A DNA stretch of 63,902 bases, counting the filler, from Aduncisulcus paluster (Eukaryota): assembly GCA_024181965.1 (NCBI GenBank). It is 6 parts of 6 records of this genome, joined end to end, with 100 filler letters (N's around TTAATTAATTAA, not from the genome) between each part and the next. Parts side by side here need not be neighbours in the genome. Positions count along the whole stretch, not along the records: positions 5,170 to 20,832 come from BQXS01012510.1; positions 20,933 to 40,936 come from BQXS01012512.1; 4 more parts are not named here. One strand, written 5' to 3'. A program made the translations under genes and the position numbers. Under the pieces are notes generated by a model. That model had not been told where the DNA came from, did not search any database, and worked only from the letters and a program-made list of their open reading frames with translations. Positions 12,501 through 22,126 of the stretch are shown piece by piece (positions within the stretch are counted from its first letter, which is position 1; each line of letters opens with the position of its first letter).

Positions 12501-15500
12501 CACGGGCATTCATGGCCATGAGCATCTTTTCTCTCTCTGCCTCAATAGCTTCAAGCATTTCTTTCCTCTTGGACTCAACCTCCGAGCGTTTCTTCTCGAG
12601 AGTGGCAAGTTCAGCCTTCATGGCCTCGTCGGAGGAAGTTAGTTCCTCCCTGATAAGGTTCTCATACTTCGTGTGGAGACGATCGAGCTGATGTTCGGTC
12701 TCTTTCTGAGCAGCATCACGAGCAGCGGCAACACGTTCAGTGATGGTCCTTTGAAGAGCAATAAGGTCAATCTCACGTTGTTTCTCGGAGGACTCAATCT
12801 GGGCTGTTTTCTCACTCAGGAGAGCATCAAAGTGTTCCTTCTGACTTGTCAAACGAGCTTCAAGATCCTTCTCAGACTCACGACGNNNNNNNNNNNNNNN
12901 NNNNNACTCAACCTCCGAGCGTTTCTTCTCGAGAGTGGCAAGTTCAGCCTTCATGGCCTCGTCGGAGGAAGTTAGTTCCTCCCTGATAAGGTTCTCATAC
13001 TTCGTGTGGAGACGATCGAGCTGATGTTCGGTCTCTTTCTGAGCAGCATCACGAGCAGCGGCAACACGTTCAGTGATGGTCCTTTGAAGAGCAATAAGGT
13101 CAATCTCACGTTGTTTCTCGGAGGACTCAATCTGGGCTGTTTTCTCACTCAGGAGAGCATCAAAGTGTTCCTTCTGACTTGTCAAACGAGCTTCAAGATC
13201 CTTCTCAGACTCACGACGAGCCTCTTCAAGCTGTTTCTCAAACCCTTGCTTCATGAATTCCTTCTCATTGGCCTTGTCTTCAAGCTTAGCCATCCAAACA
13301 CGCTCGTTTTCAGCAAGGGCACGTTTCATAGTCTCCTCGGCAGCACTCTTTACATCAGCAATACGTTTGTTGTAGCTCTTCTCTGCGTCAAGTTGTTCAG
13401 TCACGTGCTGACGTTCAGCACGATCAAGTTCATCGTCTTTCTGTTTCATTTCAGCTTGGTGTTGAACCTTGAGGGACTTGATTGCCTCTTCACGTTGTTC
13501 GGTCATTGTTTGACGAGTGTTCTCGACAAGGGCGGCATATTCTTCCTTCTCACGCAGGAGTTCGGCATCCTTTTCTCTGATCTTGGCTTCGAATGAAGAG
13601 ATTGAAGTCTCCATCTCCTTGCGATGTCTCTTGTCAAGCTCATCACGGAGTGTTTGGAGTTTCTCAGTGAAAGTCTCTTCTTTTCTAAGAATAGCACTGG
13701 AGTGTTCTTTCTCAAGACGTGAGATAGTATCGTCTTTCTCAGCCAGAGCAGCCTCTTGCTTCTTCCTGAGGTCAGCCAACGCAGTGTCCCGCTCGGTAGA
13801 GAGTTCACGACGAGTGGCAGCAACAATCTCGGTGTATTTCTTGACGATACCATCCTTCTCGCTTTCCTTCTCACGCAAACGACGTTCCAACGTTTGTTTG
13901 AATTCCAATTGAAGGCTAGAACGTTGACTCTCAGCCTCTTCACGGACTTTGCTAATCCTGGAGGTGAATTTCCTTTCAGCTTCCACCATTTCATCATGCT
14001 TCAGCTTCTCGAGCTCTTCTTTCTCCTTATCTCTACGAGTCAATTCAACAGAATGTTTCTTATTTAACACAACAATAGCCTGCTCTCTCTCAGTGTCCAT
14101 CTCCTTCCTGGTTCTCTCGACAAGGGCAGAATAATCTTTCTTGGTGAGTTCAATCTCAGAGTCTTTCTCACGAAGACGAGCGTTGAAGGCTTCCTTGACC
14201 TGCTTGAGATCTTCCTCACGTTTCTTGTCGAGCTCACTACGAATATCAGCGATACGTTTGGTGAATGCCTTCTCACGATCCATGGATTCGGTGATATGTG
14301 ATTTCTCAGCCTCCTCCAGGACAACATCCTTTGCTTTGATCTCAGCAGCATGTTTTGTGGTTATATCAGAAACGATCCTCTCACGTTCCACCTCAGCCTC
14401 TTCACGAATGGATCCAATAAGTTTATCATAGTCCTCCTTTAGCTTGTCCATTTCAAGGTCTTTCTCATGTAACTTCAACGTCCAGGTCTTGATCGTGGAA
14501 TCGAGGGACTCTGAGTGGTGAGAATTAAGTTCCTCTCTGGTCATGGCAATTTGACGAGTGAAGGCCTGTTCTTTGGCCAACAGGGTCTGACTGTGTTCCT
14601 TCTCCATGACAGATATCTGAGAGTCCTTCTTCCTGATCTCTGCATCGTGAGACTCTCTCAGGGAAGCAATGGTCGAGTCCCTTTCATCGGTGAGCTCTTT
14701 ACGAGTACGTTCGAGGAGAACAGAATATTCCTCACGATCAGACTTGCTCTGAGCGGAAGCCGTGTCAAGCTTTGTCTGGAATTCACGTTTGAGCTGATCA
14801 ATTTCAGTGGAATGTTGGGATGCAAGAGCTTCTTTGGTGGCCTTAAGAGTATTTTGACTTGTCTGAATAGCTTTAGCATGTTCAGCACGAACAGTCCTGA
14901 GTTTCTCATCGTTATCGGCTCTGACTTTAGTGAGTATGCTCTTGTATGTTTCAACGTCTTGGGAATACTCGTCAGCAGTTTCACGCAGGATAGCTTCATG
15001 TTTCTCTTTGAGATCCTCAATATCTTTACGTTTAACATCCATGGCAGCAGCGTGAGAATCACGGAGTTTCTTGAGTTCGGCATCATGTTCATCGTGAAGA
15101 GTAGCCAAATTAGCAGAGTATTCCTTCCTGGTCGCATCAAGTTCAGCACCTTTAGTAGAAAGAGCAGTAGCGTGAGAATCACGAAGTCTCTTCAACTCAT
15201 CGTCATGTTCAGCATGCAATTTGGCCAAACTCGTCGAATATTCCTTACGAGATGCTTCAAGCTCGGCACCTTTAGTGGCAAGTGCACCAGCATGCTCATC
15301 ATGAAGCTTCTTGAGTTCGGCATCATGTTCATCGTGAAGAGTAGCCAAATTAGCAGAGTATTCCTNNNNNNNNNNNNNNNNNNNNTGTTCAGCATGCAAT
15401 TTGGCCAAACTCGTCGAATATTCCTTACGAGATGCTTCAAGCTCGGCACCTTTAGTGGCAAGTGCACCAGCATGCTCATCATGAAGCTTCTTGAGTTCGG

Positions 15501-17139
15501 CATCATGTTCATCGTGAAGAGTAGCCAAATTAGCAGAGTATTCCTTCCTGGTCGCATCAAGTTCAGCACCTTTAGTAGAAAGAGCAGTAGCGTGAGAATC
15601 ACGAAGTCTCTTCAACTCATCGTCATGTTCAGCATGCAATTTGGCCAAACTCGTCGAATATTCCTTACGAGATGCTTCAAGCTCGGCACCTTTAGTCGAA
15701 AGAGCAGTGGCATGAGATTCACGGAGTTTCTTGATTTCAGTGGCATGATCACTATGCAAACTAGCAAGATTAGCAGAATATTCTTTTCTAGTTGCCTCAA
15801 GTTCAGCCCCTTTAGCAGAGAGAGCAGCAGTGTGGGTCTTACGAGTTTTCTCAAGTTCAGCAGATAAATCCTCCCTTGTTTGTTGGATTGAGGCTGTATA
15901 TTTCTTGTGAGCATCCTGAAGTTCCCTTCTGTGACTATCTAACAAAGTTGAATACTTGTCACGAGAATCATTCAGTTCACGAGTTAATTCAGCACGAAGA
16001 GAATCAATATCATTGGAATGTTGACGTTTGAGCTCTTCAACTTCGGCAGATGACTGTTCTTTGGCAACATCCATTCGCTTACGGGCATCTTCGAGTTCAG
16101 CAATCTTTTCATCAAGTTTACGTGACCATTCATCATTTAATTGAGTTACAGTGTTATCACGCTCCTCAGTCAATTCCCTACGAGTGGTTTCAATGAGCTT
16201 GGAATACTTCTTCTTCATGCTATCAATCTCTGCAGCATTCTCGTCAGATTTACGCTTCCATTCAGCTTGTTGTTGCTTCAAAGATTGTTTATATTGAGCT
16301 TCAGCGGCCTCTCTAGCCTCAGAAAGTTGTTTCGTGAAGCTTCGTTCCATTTCGAGTCGCTCGCTCATACTGGAGCGTTGTTCTTCAGATATAGCATTAT
16401 CTTTCATCTTTAATTCGGAATCATGCTTACTCCTAAGTGATTTAAGAGCTTCGTCACGTTCTTCAGCCATTTCTTCACGCACAGATGCAACGAGAGAACG
16501 GAAATCTTCCTTTAACTTTTCCATTTCCTCTTCTTTCTCTTTCATTCTCGATTTCCAGCCTTCTTTAACTCTTTGAATTGCAAGCTGATGCTGTTTTTCA
16601 CTCTCATCTCGGGTGGTGGCAAGACGATTGGTGAAAGTTTGTTCAGTCTCGAGAAGCTTATTAGAATGTTCTTTTTGGGCGAGAGCTAGATTAGTATCTT
16701 TTTCGCGAAGCTGACTTTCATATTGGGAAGCCATTTCCTTCATCGATTTATCCTTATCTTCTAATTTTTTACGCCATTCCCGATTTATGCCAGCAACTGC
16801 AATTCTATGTTCTTTTTCCATTGTTTCACGAACAGTAGAAACACGTTGTTGTATTGTTTTTTCAAGTTCTGTAATATCTGGTAATGGAGCTACCGACGAT
16901 TCGACAGTTGGAGAAATAGTTCTTTGAATAGAATCTCCTTCCAAGGGAATTGGGGCCGATTCGCTAGGAGTCCCAGGTTGGACAGAGTGTGTCACTTTCC
17001 TCCTTCGCCTTCTCTTTGGAGTTGCAGTTGTCGAAGCAGATACTTCTGAATTTTCTTCTTTCATGCCTCGACTTTGCGATTTTTGAGCAGCACGAGCTTT
17101 ACGTGCTTCTCTTATTTTTCGTAACCTATCGGTTTCCAT
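6550..17139 (-). CDS. Giant coiled-coil protein with C-terminal MAP65/Ase1/PRC1-like microtubule-binding domain (length inflated by gap duplications)
   Basis: Uninterrupted E/K/R-rich ORF. C-terminus QLWEMLEV...PIFELVTRRE...AFNSAANDPDKY...ARFIREGKQRQ...L..LLKQYE..YQRPFIYREKHYLDVM aligns by eye with the PRC1/Ase1 spectrin-like domain, followed by a basic Arg/Ser tail. Confidence 0.85.
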   Translation of the reverse strand: METDRLRKIREARKARAAQKSQSRGMKEENSEVSASTTATPKRRRRRKVTHSVQPGTPSESAPIPLEGDSIQRTISPTVESSVAPLPDITELEKTIQQRVSTVRETMEKEHRIAVAGINREWRKKLEDKDKSMKEMASQYESQLREKDTNLALAQKEHSNKLLETEQTFTNRLATTRDESEKQHQLAIQRVKEGWKSRMKEKEEEMEKLKEDFRSLVASVREEMAEERDEALKSLRSKHDSELKMKDNAISEEQRSSMSERLEMERSFTKQLSEAREAAEAQYKQSLKQQQAEWKRKSDENAAEIDSMKKKYSKLIETTRRELTEERDNTVTQLNDEWSRKLDEKIAELEDARKRMDVAKEQSSAEVEELKRQHSNDIDSLRAELTRELNDSRDKYSTLLDSHRRELQDAHKKYTASIQQTREDLSAELEKTRKTHTAALSAKGAELEATRKEYSANLASLHSDHATEIKKLRESHATALSTKGAELEASRKEYSTSLAKLHAEHDDELKRLRDSHATALSTKGAELDATRKEYSANLATLHDEHDAELKKLHDEHAGALATKGAELEASRKEYSTSLAKLHAEXXXXXXXXEYSANLATLHDEHDAELKKLHDEHAGALATKGAELEASRKEYSTSLAKLHAEHDDELKRLRDSHATALSTKGAELDATRKEYSANLATLHDEHDAELKKLRDSHAAAMDVKRKDIEDLKEKHEAILRETADEYSQDVETYKSILTKVRADNDEKLRTVRAEHAKAIQTSQNTLKATKEALASQHSTEIDQLKREFQTKLDTASAQSKSDREEYSVLLERTRKELTDERDSTIASLRESHDAEIRKKDSQISVMEKEHSQTLLAKEQAFTRQIAMTREELNSHHSESLDSTIKTWTLKLHEKDLEMDKLKEDYDKLIGSIREEAEVERERIVSDITTKHAAEIKAKDVVLEEAEKSHITESMDREKAFTKRIADIRSELDKKREEDLKQVKEAFNARLREKDSEIELTKKDYSALVERTRKEMDTEREQAIVVLNKKHSVELTRRDKEKEELEKLKHDEMVEAERKFTSRISKVREEAESQRSSLQLEFKQTLERRLREKESEKDGIVKKYTEIVAATRRELSTERDTALADLRKKQEAALAEKDDTISRLEKEHSSAILRKEETFTEKLQTLRDELDKRHRKEMETSISSFEAKIREKDAELLREKEEYAALVENTRQTMTEQREEAIKSLKVQHQAEMKQKDDELDRAERQHVTEQLDAEKSYNKRIADVKSAAEETMKRALAENERVWMAKLEDKANEKEFMKQGFEKQLEEARRESEKDLEARLTSQKEHFDALLSEKTAQIESSEKQREIDLIALQRTITERVAAARDAAQKETEHQLDRLHTKYENLIREELTSSDEAMKAELATLEKKRSEVEXXXXXXXRRESEKDLEARLTSQKEHFDALLSEKTAQIESSEKQREIDLIALQRTITERVAAARDAAQKETEHQLDRLHTKYENLIREELTSSDEAMKAELATLEKKRSEVESKRKEMLEAIEAEREKMLMAMNARVRALQAAEMKRVEAENQARQKQVATDQAAFEATVKSNNEKFRTEISELILKERQAMAEIRASAEAEADGLYQERLAEISSKEKDIVQREKDKANEVILARETHFVTVKKQLQGELEAVRQEGEEKVLAVHREYEKKRLEVIEDARKEAEEVLSKEREHFSSLLRSKDENIAELTKKMEEDKTGAEIQSQDKIRAVSTLADEKVSQIRKKTESEKEKIEKENSLREEESRRVWDNERRHLVQRHKVEMQQIKEKHNEEMQGVGAERRKEGEAWAHAAIARAVNEEQVRADAEEMAQKKIEAKEKEYDKRTKERIQTVEAARKDEREELLGKVSEAYRRAEERRAKGSESAEEKERVFKEKAMKELDELLVKRSEQLDIAIAKIKDEHKQQVEEIIDNGKRDLEDVRDSTTLVITQNTEKFTAIMEKQRVKLNEEREAFRKHEAQVLSDAADERRRYGNSVRVSVASEMKKQVKEERDARVKEREEMSKVYLDNLSKERKEAVSREERVRETLSNQLIEKDKDLQLALSNQRSVFDREKEAGEAQHQKELEQVRDGVKEAESRMETRFESRSEKLLESHRIFMTSLESKHTNEVALRDKRISELSQAKAELDVQKEAQVASITVKFQKQLEVRSASENERIESVRKEEEMERQKLQRECDRKIQAIEASVESRVSAVRTEMDKLMKQVKDAQKQKDEKRKKALVTEWTRLREEEDAIRSALEAKKKEILNTHRAMASDIVKEERSRVDNELAQMREEIVRSDRALHEKLMSERSSLEHQRAQYESKVRMASETLIDAEKKRMEERVQQLKDELFAEREKSLAENTQVQADAENSVLEMQKQLRSEEEERMERFRKIVEDEAIAQGEQLVAKQREYLSQESMRRRVLELSRCEFEESVRKRYTAILAQESQALQETVRESKDMTERLISEQREANRKREEAMIESFEKEKSLLSSEEKKRREEEFQLLRDDLAAREAIVASSWAQLKDREAAILRSSEVSQQKYEDELRSKYNNMISLFLEEQKEVHSRVVSELESVTSEMRKSVEEERERVVEMKERLGEELRAEMEKRLAREMERIAQKEVTIEAEKKERAKREETHKSELEAHIRAKAKETEERFAKVFEEAQEKNEKMLSAKLENERVEMKKEVNKAYVTVTDQKKELEEEFIAKKRQVEEEMDAALQQESANGREAIAKEVEQQVQLRDDQHKNHISEISRIEASCERRITDIRTECEESLKTRDEEHASKLKAVKKEVERERILLQAQYEQDRARMTAETVATEAETRADFESRLEREREDLAAKLKERAEEMTRKNEAKSEERRHEREQERESRTKFELNTQARFDRMFMAKKAALEQELASGKEHDRVICLQHYEAQLREGKAEDARIRGKDAVQIREDMRERGDANLREWNDKLEDIRAKFDKEFVSREEIHAEKVQEMKKKCADGIQTVEKDCIVRIEAATTANNKTIERLQANHSESRASLLKSHTHTLQQLEEQHEARVASVKQGAVDKEAQMKKEFALEKKELIDGIEIRIKAVQDERAKAMDEAKERHEAEICAVQSAMEEQRVTISHDREVYRSQLESQYIAREQTQSARHEAIMRQREEKHIERVKQVEKLCDKKIEAIEEEVEERATNRVQAATLDAQMAKEEAEKEIKARQLEHQESIDIEYEKQKKLTEENLALQEKLGGQELRVKKIAQMYKTWKSDFIVENDKIVADTLKEKDELVCRLESELRENQFIEEEAKRGEELKRRELEQRHSEEMSRVLRTVREEKEDRRRRDARVKEEKLRGQAQLKHTREKIRQLWEMLEVGSHDVAKFLASFSQFVEYCPAVVSVCDEELRRLTDLAPIFELVTRREFVKNRIFAFNSAANDPDKYHGADSARFIREGKQRQEFRNEIGRINDQLGTLLKQYESRYQRPFIYREKHYLDVMASDMHELDAAAMGSTLVRRGSRSSISMKRGSISVSDLRGKNVRRGSLRSTSGRK
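15050..15840 (-). repeat. Coding tandem repeat, 120-bp / 40-aa unit (HATALSTKGAELEASRKEYSTSLAKLHAEHDDELKRLRDS and variants)
   Basis: Near-identical alternating units; the 20-N gap at 15366-15385 makes copy number uncertain. Confidence 0.9.
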
Positions 17140-17369
17140 CGAGTATGTCAGAAAAAAATAAAATTTCCAAAAATGTCAACAATTCTAAAACAATTCGAAT
17201 ATTCCAGTTGAAAAAATATATTTAAGCAATATGCTATGCAATATTTATATTATTTATTTCAAATCTACCGTGCAAACGAGAGTAGACAGAATTTTCTTCA
17301 GATTTCCATTATCATAGTAATAAAGAACTATATAATTTTCGTATTGTTATTTAATTTTATTTAATCTAT

Positions 17370-17978
17370 AATATTATTCTTAAAATGTGTCTTATTCGTG
17401 CACGACAACATCAGATCACCTGGGCACAGAAATACAGAACATAGCATCGATATCATAAATTAGATAACTATATTTATAAGAAAGAATGAAAAAAAGTACA
17501 TAAATCCTAGATATTTTTTGATATAGAACCCCCACATTTCTCAGCCACCGCCGGTGGAAAGTTTGTATTTTTTTTTTTTTTTTTAATAAAAATGAAAGAA
17601 ATGTACAGTACAACCACCGTACAGGGGGGACCCCCACGGATGGGGGTAAAAGGGGGGAAGTTTACTCATAGATAGATAGAAGATTGGTGAAGTGAAGAAT
17701 AAAACGAATAGACTTCATAGACCAGATCTAGTTATCTTCTTATGTTTCAAGGAGAAGAGAAAAGCTTGGATTCGGCAAAACAAAGGAAAGATCACGAATC
17801 AAGAATCATCATCCAAGAATAAGATGATGTGACACACAGATTGGGGAATAACATTGATGTTATTGATGTTATTGGTGTTATTGATGTGTTATTCGAGATT
17901 CAAATGAGTTAAGCGAGGGGCAGGTGTGTCAATTTGGTAATTACTTTCAGAGACAATGGGTGGAAACCAGGATCAACA
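17370..17978 (-). repeat. Dispersed ~590-bp non-coding repeat, copy 2
   Basis: Reverse-complement match to 3400-3985; carries a local 9-bp (ATTGATGTT) expansion at ~17853-17888. Confidence 0.9.
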
Positions 17979-18897
17979 ATCAGAAGCAGAGAGTTGAGCG
18001 TTATTAGTTTGTAGCAGGATTTAAGGGAGTAGTATGGCAAATATCAAACGTTTAAGTTCAGTTTTATGTCAATAAAAAGAACAATAACGTGTGAAAAGGT
18101 TCGAGAGCCAAACAGATATCATTGACACAATAACAAACAGTAGAGAGAATAATACCATGAACTTCGAATTGCAATGAGTTTAAGTTACATTTTTATCGTG
18201 ATATTCCAGGAATATCGGGGAAAATATTCTTAAAACGTTGTACAATGAAGATGTTATGAATGACACAGTATAAAGAGAGGAATCAAATCAATAAAATCAT
18301 GCCATTTGCTCCACAAGATGTTTTTGGCATGAAATTCGATATTTTATCATGTTTTATACACTTATTCTCATTGATAAAAAAATCATCCCAAGAAAGAGAA
18401 TAAAATATCATATTTAGATGTTTAGAATTGAATATTTCAGTAAAAAGCAATCAGCAACAATGCATTTGGTGGGAATCACTTTCAATAGAATTGTATGTCT
18501 ATCAAAACAAAAAAAAAGATCAAAAAGTTGACAAGATCGTGTATCTGAATTGAATAAGGGATCATTGGTGAAATTAAAATTTTATGGTGATTAAAAAAGA
18601 ATAAAATTGGTTTGAAGATATATTTATTTCAAAAAAAAAATATCATTATTAGAGTATGGAAAGAAAAAGGGACACGAAAAGAGGGCATATTATTGAATGG
18701 TGAGTGACTTAGTGATCAATTTACGATAAAAATCATTATACCAATGGAAATTGGGTGTGTGTGTGTGGGAAACTTTCCAGATTTGAAATCTGACGCTGAC
18801 GTGTAGTACTACATTATATTTAAAAAATATCCATTTACTCGATCTATGGAAACAAATCGATGATTGTAATCAGAAAAAAAAAAATAAAATTACAATA

Positions 18898-20832
18898 TTA
18901 TCCTGCAATTTCATCAAAAATGTCATCATTGATGATATTAGCAGTACCCGTTGTTCTATTTTTCTCTTTTTGGATCTCCAATTTCAATGAAATATCCCTC
19001 TCCTCACCAAGTATTGGCTCAATTTCGTAGTTTATCACGAGTCGATCTTCCCATTGTCTCTCTTGTTCTTCAAGGAACACTTTTGCGTCCCTTTCAACGC
19101 CTGGACATGCCCTACACAGCGCTGTATGTATAATATCAACCTCGATTGGACTCGTCAAACATGATTTCTTCAATAAATCGATCAAAAACCTGATCAATTC
19201 GACATTATCCTCGTGTTGCACAATATCTGAATGATTTGAACAACAAATAAGCAGACTCCCCATAGTTTTCATGGCCAAAGCAGGTTCAGCCAAATCAAGC
19301 ACAGTGGATAGACACCCACACAGATGAGTAAATACCTGTATATCAAAGAATTTTGCAGAAAGGAAGAAAGTGGCGCAAATCTCACAAATAGCTTCATTGA
19401 TGACAGGATCATCAATTGACAACACATTTAACATTGCCAACAGACCACAAACGACATTAATGTGGATATTCATACATCTTTCATCCGATACAATATGAGC
19501 ACAGTGAGACTTCCCAATCGTTATACAGCCATAAATTATCTTCATTTTATGGGCCATGGGAACACATTCAGTGTCACTGAGCTGGATTACGACCTTTAGA
19601 GCCTCCAGGATGGTCTCTTGTTGGTCAGAAATAAGAGCTTCTTTAAGAGCCATCAGGACACTTTGGACAAGTGCATTTCGATTGATCATGCTGGCCGTTT
19701 TCTTTGCCACTTTGTGATGAACACCTGGAGTTACGTGGAGGAAATTGGCAGCATCGACAACAATCCAAAAATGTTCAAGAAGTTTTAACATTGGTAAAGA
19801 GATTGAATGTGCAAATAACATCGATACAATCAGAGTATTTAGAAATCCCAAAGCATCATCAAGCAGCTCCATGTCAACGAATTCAGGATTAATGGACAGC
19901 AGGGATGATAATCGTTTGTGTCCAGGTGAATCTGAAGAAGACGTGAGCATAATAGCACGCTGAACAAGACTTTCTTTGTCTTCTTTCTTCCTCGAATGTC
20001 TCACTGACGGCGCCTTACCAACATCCCCATGTACAGTAGGGTGATCAGAGCTATTGTCTCTTGAGAACTCAAGACCACTGCCCACGTGAAGCTTCCCTTT
20101 CCTCTTTTTCCTTGAAATGAACCTTGATATGATCTGAAACACGACACTCAAACACTCCACAGGGATAACTTCATCATTGACAAAGTGCAAGAGCATATGT
20201 GCGATATGACAGGCTTCTTTAGGCGACATGGACATTGTATTGTGGCTGATATGCATTAGACACTGGCGAATATCCAAAGGAGAAATGTATGAAGCATTGC
20301 ATGCAAGAAGTCTGACGCTTTTCTGTAAGATAGTCTCCAAGCCAAGGCCTATTCGGAATCGTTCAACAGTTCCACGCTGTCCTTGTGAACTTACAGCTCT
20401 ATTGAGTGTGGATAACAGTGAATCTCTTGACATATCTCGTGGCCAAAATAACATGGTACTCACAGACTCCTCTGCAAACTCCCCCATCCATTTCTTCAGC
20501 TGTCTGACGTTATCTCGACCATAACCCAACACAGGGCCGCTGAGTTTGTTAGATATCATATCAACCACGGGTAGAGCGTGTGTCTGTTCTTCTTCCATCT
20601 CAGAGAAAGGCGGTTCTCCAAAGATACACAGTATAAGGACACCGAGGGAGAACACGTCTGTCGAGCTTCCACATGCACCTGTCGATATAAGTTCTGGGGC
20701 CGAGAAACGAAGAGGTGGGAGGCACAAATATCCACTTCTTGTCATTGGTGAATAAAAGGATGTGGAATTGGCAGCTGCAAGAGAAGCAGAGCTGATGATT
20801 GAACCTGATGCGGTCGAAGAGGAAGAGGAAGA
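18898..20832 (-). CDS. SCY1/SCYL2-like pseudokinase C-lobe plus HEAT-like repeats, 5'-truncated
   Basis: LCLPPLRFSAPELI....CGSSTDVFSLGVLI resembles SCYL2 subdomains VIII-IX, followed by a long helical-repeat region. Confidence 0.6.
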   Translation of the reverse strand, partial: SSSSSSTASGSIISSASLAAANSTSFYSPMTRSGYLCLPPLRFSAPELISTGACGSSTDVFSLGVLILCIFGEPPFSEMEEEQTHALPVVDMISNKLSGPVLGYGRDNVRQLKKWMGEFAEESVSTMLFWPRDMSRDSLLSTLNRAVSSQGQRGTVERFRIGLGLETILQKSVRLLACNASYISPLDIRQCLMHISHNTMSMSPKEACHIAHMLLHFVNDEVIPVECLSVVFQIISRFISRKKRKGKLHVGSGLEFSRDNSSDHPTVHGDVGKAPSVRHSRKKEDKESLVQRAIMLTSSSDSPGHKRLSSLLSINPEFVDMELLDDALGFLNTLIVSMLFAHSISLPMLKLLEHFWIVVDAANFLHVTPGVHHKVAKKTASMINRNALVQSVLMALKEALISDQQETILEALKVVIQLSDTECVPMAHKMKIIYGCITIGKSHCAHIVSDERCMNIHINVVCGLLAMLNVLSIDDPVINEAICEICATFFLSAKFFDIQVFTHLCGCLSTVLDLAEPALAMKTMGSLLICCSNHSDIVQHEDNVELIRFLIDLLKKSCLTSPIEVDIIHTALCRACPGVERDAKVFLEEQERQWEDRLVINYEIEPILGEERDISLKLEIQKEKNRTTGTANIINDDIFDEIAG

Positions 20833-20934
20833 NNNNNNNNNNNNNNNNNNNNNNNNNNNNNNNNNNNNNNNNNNNNTTAATTAATTAANNNNNNNNNNNN
20901 NNNNNNNNNNNNNNNNNNNNNNNNNNNNNNNNAA

Positions 20935-21054
20935 AGCTTACAGTACCTTACTTTCCCGAGTCGTCACCGACCTCAGTACTGATAAGGCCCGCGCTTGCTT
21001 AACTTGTCGATTCGGAAAGGGCCGACGTGTTTTCAAGCGGGAATGACCGTAAGC
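20935..21054 (-). rRNA. 5S rRNA, copy 1
   Basis: GCUUACGGUCAUUCCCGCUUGAAAACAC...AAGUUAAGCAAGCGCGGGCC...AGUACU...GGUGAC...GGGAA...GGUACUGUAAGCU: 120 nt, helix I pairs the ends, standard eukaryotic 5S motifs. Confidence 0.95.
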
Positions 21055-21468
21055 GATAGTAACATTCTTGCATAGTACACCTATGGATCATCTTTGGAAA
21101 ACATTTTCGAGACCATGAAATGTAAAAGAAAGAAAAAAAATATTTGTTATATTACAACCACTGTTGTATATCTTGAGCGTCAGCTCGGCAATTTGTACTA
21201 TACTGTACTCACAAACATCATTTATAAGCACCATTTTTACTCCTTTTTGGAGTCATATGGAACACTATCATAACATTAGACATCCATAAAGAGTGATATA
21301 ATACGAGAACTTTCCAACAATAGTCTCCAAAATGATCGGTAAAACATCATAAAACATGCATAACATGGAAAGAAGATACGTTATGTAGGGCACAGAATGT
21401 CCAAAAGATGTGTAATACAATATAAGATACAATTAACTGAAACATAACATGAACATAAAAAAACAAAA

Positions 21469-21588
21469 AGCTTACAGTACCTTACTTTCCCGAGTCGTCA
21501 CCGACCTCAGTACTGATAAGGCCCGCGCTTGCTTAACTTGTCGATTCGGAAAGGGCCGACGTGTTTTCAAGCGGGAATGACCGTAAGC
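21469..21588 (-). rRNA. 5S rRNA, copy 2
   Basis: Identical to copy 1, offset by 534 bp, followed by a TTTTT-G-T7 Pol III terminator. Confidence 0.95.
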
Positions 21589-22002
21589 GATAGTAACATT
21601 CTTGCATAGTACACCTATGGATCATCTTTGGAAAACATTTTCGAGACCATGAAATGTAAAAGAAAGAAAAAAAATATTTGTTATATTACAACCACTGTTG
21701 TATATCTTGAGCGTCAGCTCGGCAATTTGTACTATACTGTACTCACAAACATCATTTATAAGCACCATTTTTACTCCTTTTTGGAGTCATATGGAACACT
21801 ATCATAACATTAGACATCCATAAAGAGTGATATAATACGAGAACTTTCCAACAATAGTCTCCAAAATGATCGGTAAAAAATCATAAAACATGCATAATAT
21901 GGAAAGAAGATACGTTATGTAAGGCACAGAATGTCCAAAAGATGTGTAATACAATATAAGATACAATTAACTGAAACATAACATGAACATAAAAAAACAA
22001 AA

Positions 22003-22082
22003 AGCTTACAGTACCTTACTTTCCCGAGTCGTCACCGACCTCAGTACTGATAAGGCCCGCGCTTGCTTAACTTGTCGATTCG
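22003..22082 (-). pseudogene. 5'-truncated 5S rRNA at array boundary
   Basis: 3' 80 nt identical to the other copies; identity ends abruptly at 22082. Confidence 0.9.
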
Positions 22083-22094
22083 AAAAGTCCAGAA

Positions 22095-22126
<32 letters not shown>

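Larger units (their letters stand above)
20933..22082. repeat. 5S rDNA tandem array, 534-bp unit, continuing into scaffold end
   Basis: About 2.15 units with only a few spacer substitutions. Confidence 0.95.

Noticed and set aside
12573..13218. Tandem duplications around 20-N gaps (also ~28526, 34255, 43786, 50674, 60226), including a double chromodomain and a doubled uL15 exon
   Set aside because: Every 20-N gap shows the same overlap pattern; unmerged contig ends.
6884..16576. Many long plus-strand Leu/Phe/Ser-rich ORFs
   Set aside because: Antisense shadows of the E/K/R-rich coiled-coil gene; the same applies to shadows of eS1, the EF-hand gene and the kinase.
20933..22082. CRISPR-like or novel repeat-spacer array
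   Set aside because: Spacers are near-identical and the conserved part is 5S rRNA.
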